From positions 96,001 through 160,000 of the forward strand of contig JAVRCJ020000014.1 of the NCBI GenBank assembly GCA_034530875.2: DNA of 64,000 nt. The letters run 5' to 3'. This DNA is from Nostoc sp. DedSLP01 (GTDB lineage: Bacteria > Cyanobacteriota > Cyanobacteriia > Cyanobacteriales > Nostocaceae). A program made the position numbers and the translations under genes. Below the pieces are notes generated by a model. That model did not search any database. It saw nothing but the letters and a program-made list of their open reading frames with translations, and had not been told where the DNA came from. This document shows positions 50,825 through 60,724 of the stretch, piece by piece (position 1 is the stretch's first letter; every line of letters starts with the position of its first letter).

Positions 50825-53470
50825 CTATGCCCCATCCCCAATCCTTCGTTTACTTTCGAGTATTTCTGTAGCTTTTTGAGCAGAAAGTGGTCGGTAGAAT
50901 AAAAAGCCTTGTACATCTTCACATTTGATAGATTTCAAAAACTCTAATTCTTCTTCGCTTTCTACACCTTCAGCTGTCAGTCTCAATCCCAAACTCTGCC
51001 CCAAGCTAACTATGGCTTTGATAATATGAGCAACTTTGTTATCGTGCTTCAAATCTTTAATAAAAGACTTATCAATTTTTAAATTGTGGAGTGGCAAAAG
51101 TTGTAGGCGCGAGAGGGAAGAATGACCAGTACCAAAGTCATCAATGGAGAGGTGAACGCCCATTTGCTGCAAATTTTGTAATACATTTCGGGTGAATTCT
51201 AAATCTTCAATAGCTGTACTTTCAGTAATTTCTAACTCTAAAAATCGAGCTTCTAATCCTGTTTGTTCTAATATTTGGGCTACAGTCTCTACTAATTGCG
51301 GTTGACGGAATTGCTTGAGAGAAAGATTAACAGCCATCATCAAAGGTGGTAATCCTGCATCTTGCCAAGCTTTATTTTGGCTACAGGCTGTCCGCAGTAC
51401 CCACTCGCCGATGGGGACAATTAATCCAGTTTGTTCGGCTAGAGGAATGAAAACACTAGGCGCGACCAATCCCATTTCTGGGTGTTGCCAGCGCAACAAA
51501 GCTTCCATACCAGTAATCTCTTGAGTCTCTATTTTGACTCTAGGCTGATAGTACACCGAAAATTCTTTGCGTTCTAAGGCATAACGCAAGCTTTTCTCTA
51601 GAGTTAAAAGTTCAGGATTCTTGGCGCTGAGAGAAACACTGTAGAATTGGTAGTTATTGCGCCCTCGATCTTTGGCATGATACAAAGCTGTATCCGCGTG
51701 CTGCATTAATGTTTCGGCATCATAACTATTACAATCGAACAAGGCAATACCAAGGCTGGCACTGATATAAAGTTCATGCTCTTGGAGATGAAAGGGATCT
51801 TCTAAGGTTTGTAAGATTCTCTGTGCCACTTGAGTCACTTCTTCGATGTTAGTCACTCGAGGAAGTAGGATAGTGAATTCATCACCTCCCCAACGAGCTA
51901 CAGTGTCTCCTTTTCTCAGTGAATCTTGTAATCTTTGAGCGACGTTTTGTAGTAGCTTGTCTCCCAGTGTGTGGCCGAGAGTGTCATTAATCGTCTTAAA
52001 GCGATCCAAATCCAGAAACATTACAGCTAAACTTTCTCCTTTCCTAGTTGCGTTGGGTAGGGCTTTGTCTAGCATCTCGTTAAATAGTAGACGATTGGGC
52101 AACCCTGTAAGCAGATCGTGGAGGGCTTGATAGCGAATCTTGTCTTCTACCTGCTGACGCTGCTTGGCACCGATAATACTGGCAGCCATTGTCAACAGGC
52201 TGGATTCTTCATGCGTTGACCAGTGACGCTCAAAGGTGCAGTCTGCCAAACCAAGGTAACCCCACAACTCGTTTTCTAAACGCAGAGGTACCAGCAGCAG
52301 AGATTGAATGCCATCTCGAATCAGTAATTCTCGCTCGCTGATGGGAAATGTTTCGGTGAGTCCGTTGATTGATTGCCCGCTGGAGAGGATATCGTACCAA
52401 CGTGTTAATCCAGAATCTTTATAAGGCTGATTTTGCCAAAGATGCTGAGTAGGTTCGATAGAAGGGCGCGTCCATTCAAAGCGCAGGCTGACTGCTATTT
52501 CTCCTATAGCAGGATGGGGATGATTTTGGAAAAGATAAGCGCGATCCGCTTTTGCAGCTTCGCCCAAAATAGATATAGCTTGCTCGACACCTGTTTCATA
52601 GTTCATTTCGCTAAGCAAAAAATTGGCGGCTTGTGCAACTGCTTGTAGCAAGCGATCGCGCTGGCGTAGTTCGGCTGTAGCTTGCTTTTGCTCTGTAATA
52701 TCCCTAGTAATAAAGGTTCTAATTAAATCGCTTTCAGGAAGGTAAAGAATCGATTGTTCAAAAACTTCCGTGCCTACTTCTACTTCACGCACAAAAGAAT
52801 TGTTTTCGAGATCTTTCACTTTACTCAGCAGCCCTATCAAAATCGGGTGTTCCATTCCAATCTCCCTAAGTTTGGGAAACTTCAGAGCTGCGGCGGGATT
52901 CAGATAAGTCACTCTTCCCTCTAAATCCATCTCAATAATTGGATTGGGAATCAGTTCGGGGAAGGATGCTAGGCGAGCAAGAGCCGCTTCACTCGCTGCT
53001 TCAAAGTTGGGATCGACAGCTACGGTTTGAAAAGGATTGGCAGGATGGGCTTGCTGTGATAAAAGATCCAATAAATCTTCGACATCGGATGGTTCAGAAA
53101 ATTCTTCTTCTGAAAGATTGGAAATAGCATAATATTTAGCTTGAGCTAGATTGCTCCCAAAATGTATAACATCTCCATGCCTGAGATTGTGAGAGAAGCA
53201 TCTATCGCCATTCACAAACAAGCCATTGGTACTTCCTTTTCCCTTATAGTTTCCATCAATAATCTGGAAGCCATATTGGTCAGTGTCTGGAACAGTAACC
53301 CGCAATAAGATTGCATGTTGCATTGACACTGACCTAGAAGCCAGAACAATAGTATTCGCAGAATGCCGTCCTATAGAATAAGTAGCCTCTTTCAGGGAGA
53401 TAATTCGCCGCCCTTCTAGGTCTTGGACGACCAGCAGATGGCGTATTTTTTCCCTCTCATTTCCTAGCAT
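50825..53470 (-). CDS. FHA-PAS-GAF-GGDEF-EAL c-di-GMP signalling protein
   Basis: IGR...S..HA...STNG (FHA), intact GGDEF, EALLRW and DDFGTG motifs. Confidence 0.92.
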   Translation of the reverse strand: MLGNEREKIRHLLVVQDLEGRRIISLKEATYSIGRHSANTIVLASRSVSMQHAILLRVTVPDTDQYGFQIIDGNYKGKGSTNGLFVNGDRCFSHNLRHGDVIHFGSNLAQAKYYAISNLSEEEFSEPSDVEDLLDLLSQQAHPANPFQTVAVDPNFEAASEAALARLASFPELIPNPIIEMDLEGRVTYLNPAAALKFPKLREIGMEHPILIGLLSKVKDLENNSFVREVEVGTEVFEQSILYLPESDLIRTFITRDITEQKQATAELRQRDRLLQAVAQAANFLLSEMNYETGVEQAISILGEAAKADRAYLFQNHPHPAIGEIAVSLRFEWTRPSIEPTQHLWQNQPYKDSGLTRWYDILSSGQSINGLTETFPISERELLIRDGIQSLLLVPLRLENELWGYLGLADCTFERHWSTHEESSLLTMAASIIGAKQRQQVEDKIRYQALHDLLTGLPNRLLFNEMLDKALPNATRKGESLAVMFLDLDRFKTINDTLGHTLGDKLLQNVAQRLQDSLRKGDTVARWGGDEFTILLPRVTNIEEVTQVAQRILQTLEDPFHLQEHELYISASLGIALFDCNSYDAETLMQHADTALYHAKDRGRNNYQFYSVSLSAKNPELLTLEKSLRYALERKEFSVYYQPRVKIETQEITGMEALLRWQHPEMGLVAPSVFIPLAEQTGLIVPIGEWVLRTACSQNKAWQDAGLPPLMMAVNLSLKQFRQPQLVETVAQILEQTGLEARFLELEITESTAIEDLEFTRNVLQNLQQMGVHLSIDDFGTGHSSLSRLQLLPLHNLKIDKSFIKDLKHDNKVAHIIKAIVSLGQSLGLRLTAEGVESEEELEFLKSIKCEDVQGFLFYRPLSAQKATEILESKRRIGDGA

Positions 53471-54463
53471 GGCTGTTCCTCAATTTTTCATAGCTTTAGG
53501 TCTTAGGTTGAAACATACTACTCCCGGAAATTCAGACTTTTAAGTTCGCATTTTTGGGAGATTGACTGAGTTAATTTATGGCTATATGTGATTAGAAAAT
53601 TGGGATGGAGATGCAAACTAAGGTTTGTCTTGAGAATTTACCTTCTGGAATGAGATGCCCAATTGCCTAATTAGTTTTTGTTGTATAAGTCTTAGCTGTT
53701 TTCTCAAGTCTGTTTTTTTTCTCCATATCATCTAACGTTCCTTGTTTTAGGATACCCAAAATAAAATTAAACGCCGGATTTGCTATATGGTATATTTGCG
53801 GATTTTTTATTCTGAAGTTATGCATAAATTCCGAAAAAACCACACAGTAGGAAATTTTATAATAAATAAGCCGACATAATTAAATGTAAAATCCAAAGCA
53901 GCAAAACCTTTTACTGTTGAGGCTTTTACTTCCTACCTATAGCAAGAACTGCCTCCTGCCTTCTACTTAATTAAAAATTAAAAATTTTCTCTTGGAAAGT
54001 TCTTATGCCTGTGACAAGAAGCAAAGCTGATAATCCGTAAGCCAGGCCATCCTGCAAAAAGCAAGCTACAGAGTTCCCAGAAAATTCAGCATGAAAAAAA
54101 CTAGATATCATAAGGGTTTGAGCTTATGCATCTGTCACGTTCTTTTTTCAAATTGGTATTGATTGATTGCTGCATCAGTATCAGAATTGAAAAAAGATAA
54201 AAATAATCAATTAAACTCAAAAAAGCTAAATGCGATAAATTTAGCTTTTGAAACATTGTTTATTAATAGAAGCTGCTTCGAGCTTCAAGTTACTGTCACG
54301 ATAGGATGTACTAGTACAGAGTATCTTGTGCAGGTAAGGTAACTTTTCAAAAAGTGACAAATATTTATTTCATTTTTCAAAAAAAAATTATGCACTGATA
54401 CCAATTCTTTTTTCTTGATGAGTACTTTTTAAGTTTTAACTTTTGCCTTGTTTGATAACTGAT

Positions 54464-56260
54464 TTAAAAAGGATTATAAATTAAGCTAAAATACAAACCG
54501 TTTTCTTGTAATGTGCGATCGCCAGAGTCAACAGATACTAAAGGAACTCCCCAATCAAGACGAACAGTAAACCTATCGCCCTGCACCCAACGCAACCCCA
54601 AACCAACCGCAGCTAGGGTATTACGGTCTGGATTTTCTCCACCAGAACTATTCCAGCCAACACCAAAATCAACAAAAGGAACGACCTGCAAAATACTATC
54701 TATCTGGGATAAACGCAGAATTGGTACTTGAACTTCGCCAGAAACAAAAGCCCCATTATCTGTTAAAAGATAATCTTGACGATAGCCCCTAATACTATCT
54801 AGTCCGCCTAAACCAAATTGCTCGATGGGTAAAAGTCTTTTCGATGCCAGTTGTGTATTTAAACGAAGTAACAGCAAGGTGTCAGGAGCTAAAAGACGTG
54901 CCCACTGTGCTTGTCCTTGCCAAGCAAAAAAACGACTATCGGGAGGATTTTGGTTAATGGTAGCATCCAACACATCGATGCCCAAGTTAAATTGAGAGCG
55001 CACGGCGATGACTTCGCGGCTGTTGCGAGAAGTCCATTCTTGAAAAAATCGTAATGCAGATACCCTAGTGCGTCCCTGTTCATCGGCTCCTGGTGAAATT
55101 TCCGATGCGGGCACCCCTTCTCTCTGTAATAACGACGAGATATCACTTTCTCGTCGCGAAAGTGTTAACCCAACTGCCAATTCTTGTGTAGGAGTTTGGG
55201 TTATTGGCTGGCGAAATGTCAATTCGTAATAGCGAGAATCAGAATGGATATCTAAAAAGTCAAAAGGAGGTTCAATGACATTGCTTGAGGTAATGCCATA
55301 GTTCAAACTCAGCGTTCCGTTGCGGGGATTGAGTGGTAAGGTGTAACTAGCGTCAAAGGAGTTGCTACCATCGGTATTGGTGTAAGCTATACCCAGACTA
55401 TCCCCCAATCCCAATAAGTTAGCTTCATTCAATTGTAATCGGCGTCGGAAACTACCTACACTTGGCGATCGCCCATTATCCAAAACTATTTGGCTACTAA
55501 AGGTTTTTGCCTCATTAACCTTGACTTCCAACAGACTCGTACCCGTGCGCGATCCCGCCGAGAGTTCGGCAGACAAATTTTCAATCAAAGGATTAAGTTG
55601 CAAAAGTTGTAATGCTTCTAACAAACGCTGCCGATTCAGAGGAGGTGATGTGGCTATTGCGATGCGGTTGCGGATATAGTTGGCGTTCAACCGACGAGTG
55701 CCAGTTACTTGAATGTCTTCTAATTTACCTTCGATTACCTGAATTTTTACCACACCGGATCGGATTGTTTGCGGTGGGATATAAGCACCAGAGGTAATAT
55801 AACCATTTTTTACGTATAACTCAGTAATTTTAGAGCGTGCTTGATACACTTCGGTGAGAGAAATTGGCCGTTTGGTAAATTCAGCAGTAACAGCGGCTAA
55901 CTCTTGGGGAGTGAAAACTGTGCTACCAATGACTTCAAATCGTTCAACAGTAATTTTTTGAGGTAGCTTGTTAGGAACTGATTCCTCAGGTGTGGGACTT
56001 GGGGGAGAGGATGGAAACAGTTCTGCTGGTGGCGGAAGTGGCTGTGGCAATTCTGGTGAGGGAGCTGGAGAAGGCACAGGTGGCTGGACATCCTGTGGTG
56101 GTGGGATCTCTTGCGACAAGGGCGAATTGCTATTTGGTAGTTTTGTCCTATCAACAGTCTGAGCTTTAAGAGATGAACAATCTATAGCGCTGATAGATAC
56201 AAATACACTCAGTGGTAATAACCATAAAATTGCAATATTAACAGGATATTTATGAATCAT
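54464..56260 (-). CDS. ShlB/FhaC/HecB family (TpsB) outer-membrane transporter
   Basis: Pro-rich linker, POTRA (Y...GYITS....P.Q....G.V.I...EG), IRGY motif, C-terminal F. Confidence 0.9.
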   Translation of the reverse strand: MIHKYPVNIAILWLLPLSVFVSISAIDCSSLKAQTVDRTKLPNSNSPLSQEIPPPQDVQPPVPSPAPSPELPQPLPPPAELFPSSPPSPTPEESVPNKLPQKITVERFEVIGSTVFTPQELAAVTAEFTKRPISLTEVYQARSKITELYVKNGYITSGAYIPPQTIRSGVVKIQVIEGKLEDIQVTGTRRLNANYIRNRIAIATSPPLNRQRLLEALQLLQLNPLIENLSAELSAGSRTGTSLLEVKVNEAKTFSSQIVLDNGRSPSVGSFRRRLQLNEANLLGLGDSLGIAYTNTDGSNSFDASYTLPLNPRNGTLSLNYGITSSNVIEPPFDFLDIHSDSRYYELTFRQPITQTPTQELAVGLTLSRRESDISSLLQREGVPASEISPGADEQGRTRVSALRFFQEWTSRNSREVIAVRSQFNLGIDVLDATINQNPPDSRFFAWQGQAQWARLLAPDTLLLLRLNTQLASKRLLPIEQFGLGGLDSIRGYRQDYLLTDNGAFVSGEVQVPILRLSQIDSILQVVPFVDFGVGWNSSGGENPDRNTLAAVGLGLRWVQGDRFTVRLDWGVPLVSVDSGDRTLQENGLYFSLIYNPF

Positions 56261-56540
56261 CGCACTGGACTATATGTCGATTTTAAAATTATGGGACTAT
56301 ACGGATACTGCTATAAATGTGAATCTTACTTCATCTTTTGCCACTAAAGTTAATATTGTCAGCAAATCTCCATCGAAACACTAAATTTAATCTTGATTGC
56401 AGACTTGAAGAAGAATTCAACAGCAAAGACAAAGATTTTGAAAGTTCTGGTTTTAATCTTCAGTACGATCGCTCCTGAATTTTGGCGATGGCGATCGCAT
56501 ATTAAAATAGCATTCAGAAGCTTTTGGGAATAGTGCTAGG

Positions 56541-56882
56541 ATGCGGCATTTTTCTGTTGATAAAATTAAAAATACTCGCAGTGAAGTTTTAAGCCAAGCT
56601 ACTGTTGAGCCTGTTTTACTCACAACGGAATCGCAATCAAGTTATGTAGTTATGTCGGTCGAAAGCTATGAGCAACTAATCAATCGACTTGCTCAGTTGG
56701 AGGATTTAGTATTCAGTGCAAGCCCAAATTGCCCTTTCAAACTCGCGAATGGTTGGTATCGAAACTTTTACGGCAGAACTCAAGCGTTTAGCTGCGCACA
56801 TGCAGATTTAGTTGAAGTAATTCTAGTTGGAAAGCGCAATGATAATGAAGTGTATAAGCAACTGAAGCGGTTACTGGGTTAG
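56541..56882 (+). pseudogene. Decayed type II TA locus: frameshifted Phd/YefM-like antitoxin plus the 3' remnant of a RelE-like toxin
   Basis: EV...A..EPV.LT.....YVVMS.E.YE Phd pattern; the continuation QAQIALSNSRMVGIETFTAELKRLAA lies in the +1 frame from about 56719; the ORF ends with ADLVEVILVGKRNDNEVYK, a RelE-type C-terminus. Confidence 0.7.
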
Positions 56883-56906
56883 CTGTTGCGATAGTCCAGA
56901 GCTTGG

Positions 56907-57233
56907 CTACTGTTTGTATTTGCTATTTCTGCAAGATGGAGTCCGCCATGCTGCTTTGGGGATAGTACCAACCTCAATGCCTTTAACTCGAATGGATTTC
57001 TTTTTTGCTTTTCCATCCCATCGAACGCAGAACTTTCCATACTTCTCATAGATTGACAGAAGCGTTGTTTCTGCCGCATTTATTTCTTCTGTTTTTCTCT
57101 CAATGTCAGCTTGCTGCGATCTCTCGTATTCACCAATGAATGTGCCGTTGCTTTCAATCAGCAGCCGATTCATTTTTTTTCCGATGGGTTCAGAGCGCAC
57201 AAACAAAGTCATGCTGCCGATCTCCTTTGGCAC
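56907..57233 (-). CDS. Hypothetical protein
   Basis: 108-aa basic ORF with no recognised motif; may be a remnant. Confidence 0.4.
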   Translation of the reverse strand: MPKEIGSMTLFVRSEPIGKKMNRLLIESNGTFIGEYERSQQADIERKTEEINAAETTLLSIYEKYGKFCVRWDGKAKKKSIRVKGIEVGTIPKAAWRTPSCRNSKYKQ

Positions 57234-57544
57234 AAACTAGTTATTAGACTGAAGCTTGCCACATCTTACACTAAGCGATTTAAGTAGAGAAAGGATTACA
57301 AGCATTTTAATCGAAATATCAAGAAATTTTTGAGATATCGTCAGTCTAACTAGCTTGTTTGGGGCTAATATCAACAAATTTTCTGTATATTCTCCTTTTT
57401 CAGATAACAGGCATACAAACCGTATATTTACTTAATTTTAGATGTAAGTATGGTCTTTTCGGTATATTCCTCGCTGATATCTATAAATTTTCTACATAAC
57501 ATCAAAACTAGGACATTATAAGGAATTTTTCTAGATATTACTCT

Positions 57545-60388
57545 ATGCAAGAACGATCAAAAAAGCTGTTGAGATGGATTGCATTATTTCTAGTTGGAAC
57601 ATTTCTGCAATTTTTGTTTTACATCCCAACACCAGTCTTATCCCAAAATTCCAATAGCTGTAGCAATATTACAGTTCCCTTGACACCTGAAGAACAAACT
57701 TATGCTCGTGGTGCTTGGCAGTATTTTGTGAAAAATTATCAGCCAGCAACGGGATTTACTAATTCTACTGGGGGTTATCCTTCTGGTACGCTCTGGGATA
57801 TGGGTAATTACCTGATGGCGTTGAATGCTGCACGCTGGTTGAATTTGACCGATCAAGCAGACTTTGATGCCCGCCTCAATAAGTTTTTGACAACTCTTAG
57901 CAGCTTGAAGTTATTTGAGGATGCCTTGCCGAATAAAGTCTATAACGCAGCCACGGGACAGATGGTTGATTATGGCAACAATCCGAATGAACGGGGTATT
58001 GGCTGGTCTGCTTTAGATATCGGTCGAATTTTGGCTGCCTTTGATGTGATTCGCAGTTGTCATCCGCAATATAATGATTGGCTCAAAGGAATTGTAGCAA
58101 AGTGGCAAGTGGCGCGATCGCTCAAAGACGAACAACTTTTTGGCGCTACCGTTCTTGCTGACAACAAAACCTTACTGGTGCAAGAAGGACGACTCGGCTA
58201 CGAAGAATACGGCGCTAGAGGTTATGGACTTTGGGGTTTCAACGCACCCAAAGCTATTGCTTTAGAACCGTTTAAGCTAGTGGAAATTAATGGCGTACAA
58301 ATTCCCGTTGATACCCGTGACTTTCAAAGCACTAACGCCAATAATTACGTTGTCAGTGAGTCTTATATTCTTGATGGTATTGAATTTGGCTTGCAAGGTA
58401 AGTTAGCTGATTTTGCAGCCAGAGTTTTAGACGTACAAAAACGGCGTTACGATAGCACAGGTCAGTTGACTGCGGTTACAGAAGACAATATCGACCAAGC
58501 ACCTTATTTTCTCTACAACACCGTCTACGCCAACGGCGCAAACTGGGCAACAATTACCGATGCTAACCAGCCTTATCCCCAGTTTCGCAGCATCAGTACG
58601 AAAGCTGCTTTTGGCTGGCACTATCTTTTTCCCGATAATGCTTATGCCCAAAAACTTTTTGATGCTGTCAAGGATCTCCGCAGTCCTGATGATAGTGGTT
58701 ACTATGCTGGAATCTATGAAGAATCAAAGCAACCCAACAAAGCTTTGACGGGTAATACCAATGGGCTAATTTTAGAGATTTTATATTACAAAGCTAGAGG
58801 AAATCGCCCTTTAATTGCTTCTAGTTCTGTAAATGTATCTACTGCTAAACCTAGTGAGAATGTAACGTCGTCAAATCAAGCGAATTCTACTGTTAAACCT
58901 AGCGAAAATGTAACGCCCTCAAATCAAGCTAATTCTACTGTTCCAGCTCCTACCTCGACCCCCATTGATAGTTCTAAAATTACGGAAGTGGCTGTTGCAC
59001 CGATTCCACCAGTGGGTAGTCCGGAGACATCGTGCAATCTCAAATTCAAAAGACCGCTAACGCTGATTGAACGACGCTATGCAGAGGCGGCTTGGCGATA
59101 TTTTCAGGCAAATTACCACTCCAAGAGTGGGCTAATTGACGATCGCAGCGATTTCAAAGGCGCAACTCTCTGGGGCTTAGGAGATTATCTCGCAGCACTT
59201 CATGCAGCGCGATCGCTGGATATAATTAATCCCAAAGAATTTGAAGGGCGCACCCGACATCTATTAGCAGCCTTGACAAAATTACCTTTATTTGCTGGTG
59301 AGTTGCCGAGCCGGGGTTACGATACAAGAACGCTGCAATCTATAGATTATGGTGGAAATCCAATTCCAGAAGGAAATGGCTGGTCGGCTTTAGATTTAGG
59401 CAGGATGCTGGCAGCACTTTACAACTTAAAAACCTGTCATCGAGAATATACCGCTGCTGTAGATAAAATCGTTCTGGATTGGTCATACTTGCGTGTGGTG
59501 CGCGAAGGTATTCTTTCGAGTGCAACTGTTAGCAAAGATGAATCTTCAGGGCGATCGCTTATCCGCGTCAACCCTGAAACCCGCTTGGGTTATGAAGAAT
59601 ATGCTGCTCGTGCTTTTCAATTATGGGGGTTTAATGTTGCTGGTTCTACTGTTGGCGGTGAATATCAAACTGCCTCAGTAGAGAAAGTGAAAGTCCCAAC
59701 TCAACGCCGTCGCACAGATACTAACTCCAAGGTCAACCAATACACAGTTAGCAATCCCTTCTTACTCTATGCTTTGGAATTTGGACTAGATCCACAAATG
59801 CGATCGCTCTTTGAGCCGATTTTTCAGGCGCAAGCCGAACGTTACCGCCGTACAGGCACTCTCACAGCTTCAGCCACCACCTTAATCGATCGCAAGCCAT
59901 ACACTGTCCACAGCACAATTACCGGACAAGGCGATGCTTGGATAGCCTTAGGAGATGACGGTCAACCCGTACCAAACGGGCGATTAGTAAGTACAGCAGT
60001 AGCTTTTGCTTATCATGCTTTGCTTCCAGAAAACAAATACAGCCAAGAATTACTGCAAGCTACGACTGATTTATACAATCCATCAGCTGGATTTTATGAA
60101 GGCTTTTATGAAACCACCGGGAAAACGGCAATTGGTTTCACTAGCAGCACCAACAGTATGATTTTGCAATCCTTGCTGTACAAAGCAATGAACGGACAAC
60201 CCCTAATTCGTCCGACTACCACCATGAAATCTCCCTGGTGGGTAGCAGTAACCAAAGGCGATTCTGGGCGAGGTTTACCCAACACCCCAATACAACAAAC
60301 TCAGTTAATTTCTGATGGTTCGGAAAGTTACTGGACTTCAACTAGCAAAAATACTCCACTAGTAACTCGCACAAAAGCCACAGAATAA
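57545..60388 (+). CDS. Secreted protein with two DUF3131-like glycan-processing domains
   Basis: Signal peptide; duplicated motifs AW.YF..N, TLW..G.YL, GWSALD.GR, RLGYEEY.AR; Ser/Thr/Pro linker with a 48-bp duplication (58838-58942). Confidence 0.82.
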   Translation: MQERSKKLLRWIALFLVGTFLQFLFYIPTPVLSQNSNSCSNITVPLTPEEQTYARGAWQYFVKNYQPATGFTNSTGGYPSGTLWDMGNYLMALNAARWLNLTDQADFDARLNKFLTTLSSLKLFEDALPNKVYNAATGQMVDYGNNPNERGIGWSALDIGRILAAFDVIRSCHPQYNDWLKGIVAKWQVARSLKDEQLFGATVLADNKTLLVQEGRLGYEEYGARGYGLWGFNAPKAIALEPFKLVEINGVQIPVDTRDFQSTNANNYVVSESYILDGIEFGLQGKLADFAARVLDVQKRRYDSTGQLTAVTEDNIDQAPYFLYNTVYANGANWATITDANQPYPQFRSISTKAAFGWHYLFPDNAYAQKLFDAVKDLRSPDDSGYYAGIYEESKQPNKALTGNTNGLILEILYYKARGNRPLIASSSVNVSTAKPSENVTSSNQANSTVKPSENVTPSNQANSTVPAPTSTPIDSSKITEVAVAPIPPVGSPETSCNLKFKRPLTLIERRYAEAAWRYFQANYHSKSGLIDDRSDFKGATLWGLGDYLAALHAARSLDIINPKEFEGRTRHLLAALTKLPLFAGELPSRGYDTRTLQSIDYGGNPIPEGNGWSALDLGRMLAALYNLKTCHREYTAAVDKIVLDWSYLRVVREGILSSATVSKDESSGRSLIRVNPETRLGYEEYAARAFQLWGFNVAGSTVGGEYQTASVEKVKVPTQRRRTDTNSKVNQYTVSNPFLLYALEFGLDPQMRSLFEPIFQAQAERYRRTGTLTASATTLIDRKPYTVHSTITGQGDAWIALGDDGQPVPNGRLVSTAVAFAYHALLPENKYSQELLQATTDLYNPSAGFYEGFYETTGKTAIGFTSSTNSMILQSLLYKAMNGQPLIRPTTTMKSPWWVAVTKGDSGRGLPNTPIQQTQLISDGSESYWTSTSKNTPLVTRTKATE

Positions 60389-60724
60389 GCCGAAACGTAA
60401 CTAACTGTAAATACAAAGGCTTGTTTGTTAATAACCAGTTGCATTTGGGAATACTTGTACATGAGTCAATGTAGTCATATCTTTTCCGGCTAACAACTCA
60501 AATCAAAAAATATCCAATTAACTCTTGTGGGGTGGGCGTCTCGCCCGCCCATAGCCAAGGGTGGGCAATATGCCCACTCTACAAAATTGGATAATTTATT
60601 TTTTGGATTTACAATCTATTTTCAAAAATCATTATGACAAACGAAGCGTAAAAAGTGACTACCAATAGGTATTTTTTCAACAAAGATTACGCCAATACAA
60701 ACTAAAATCCAAAATCTTACTAAG

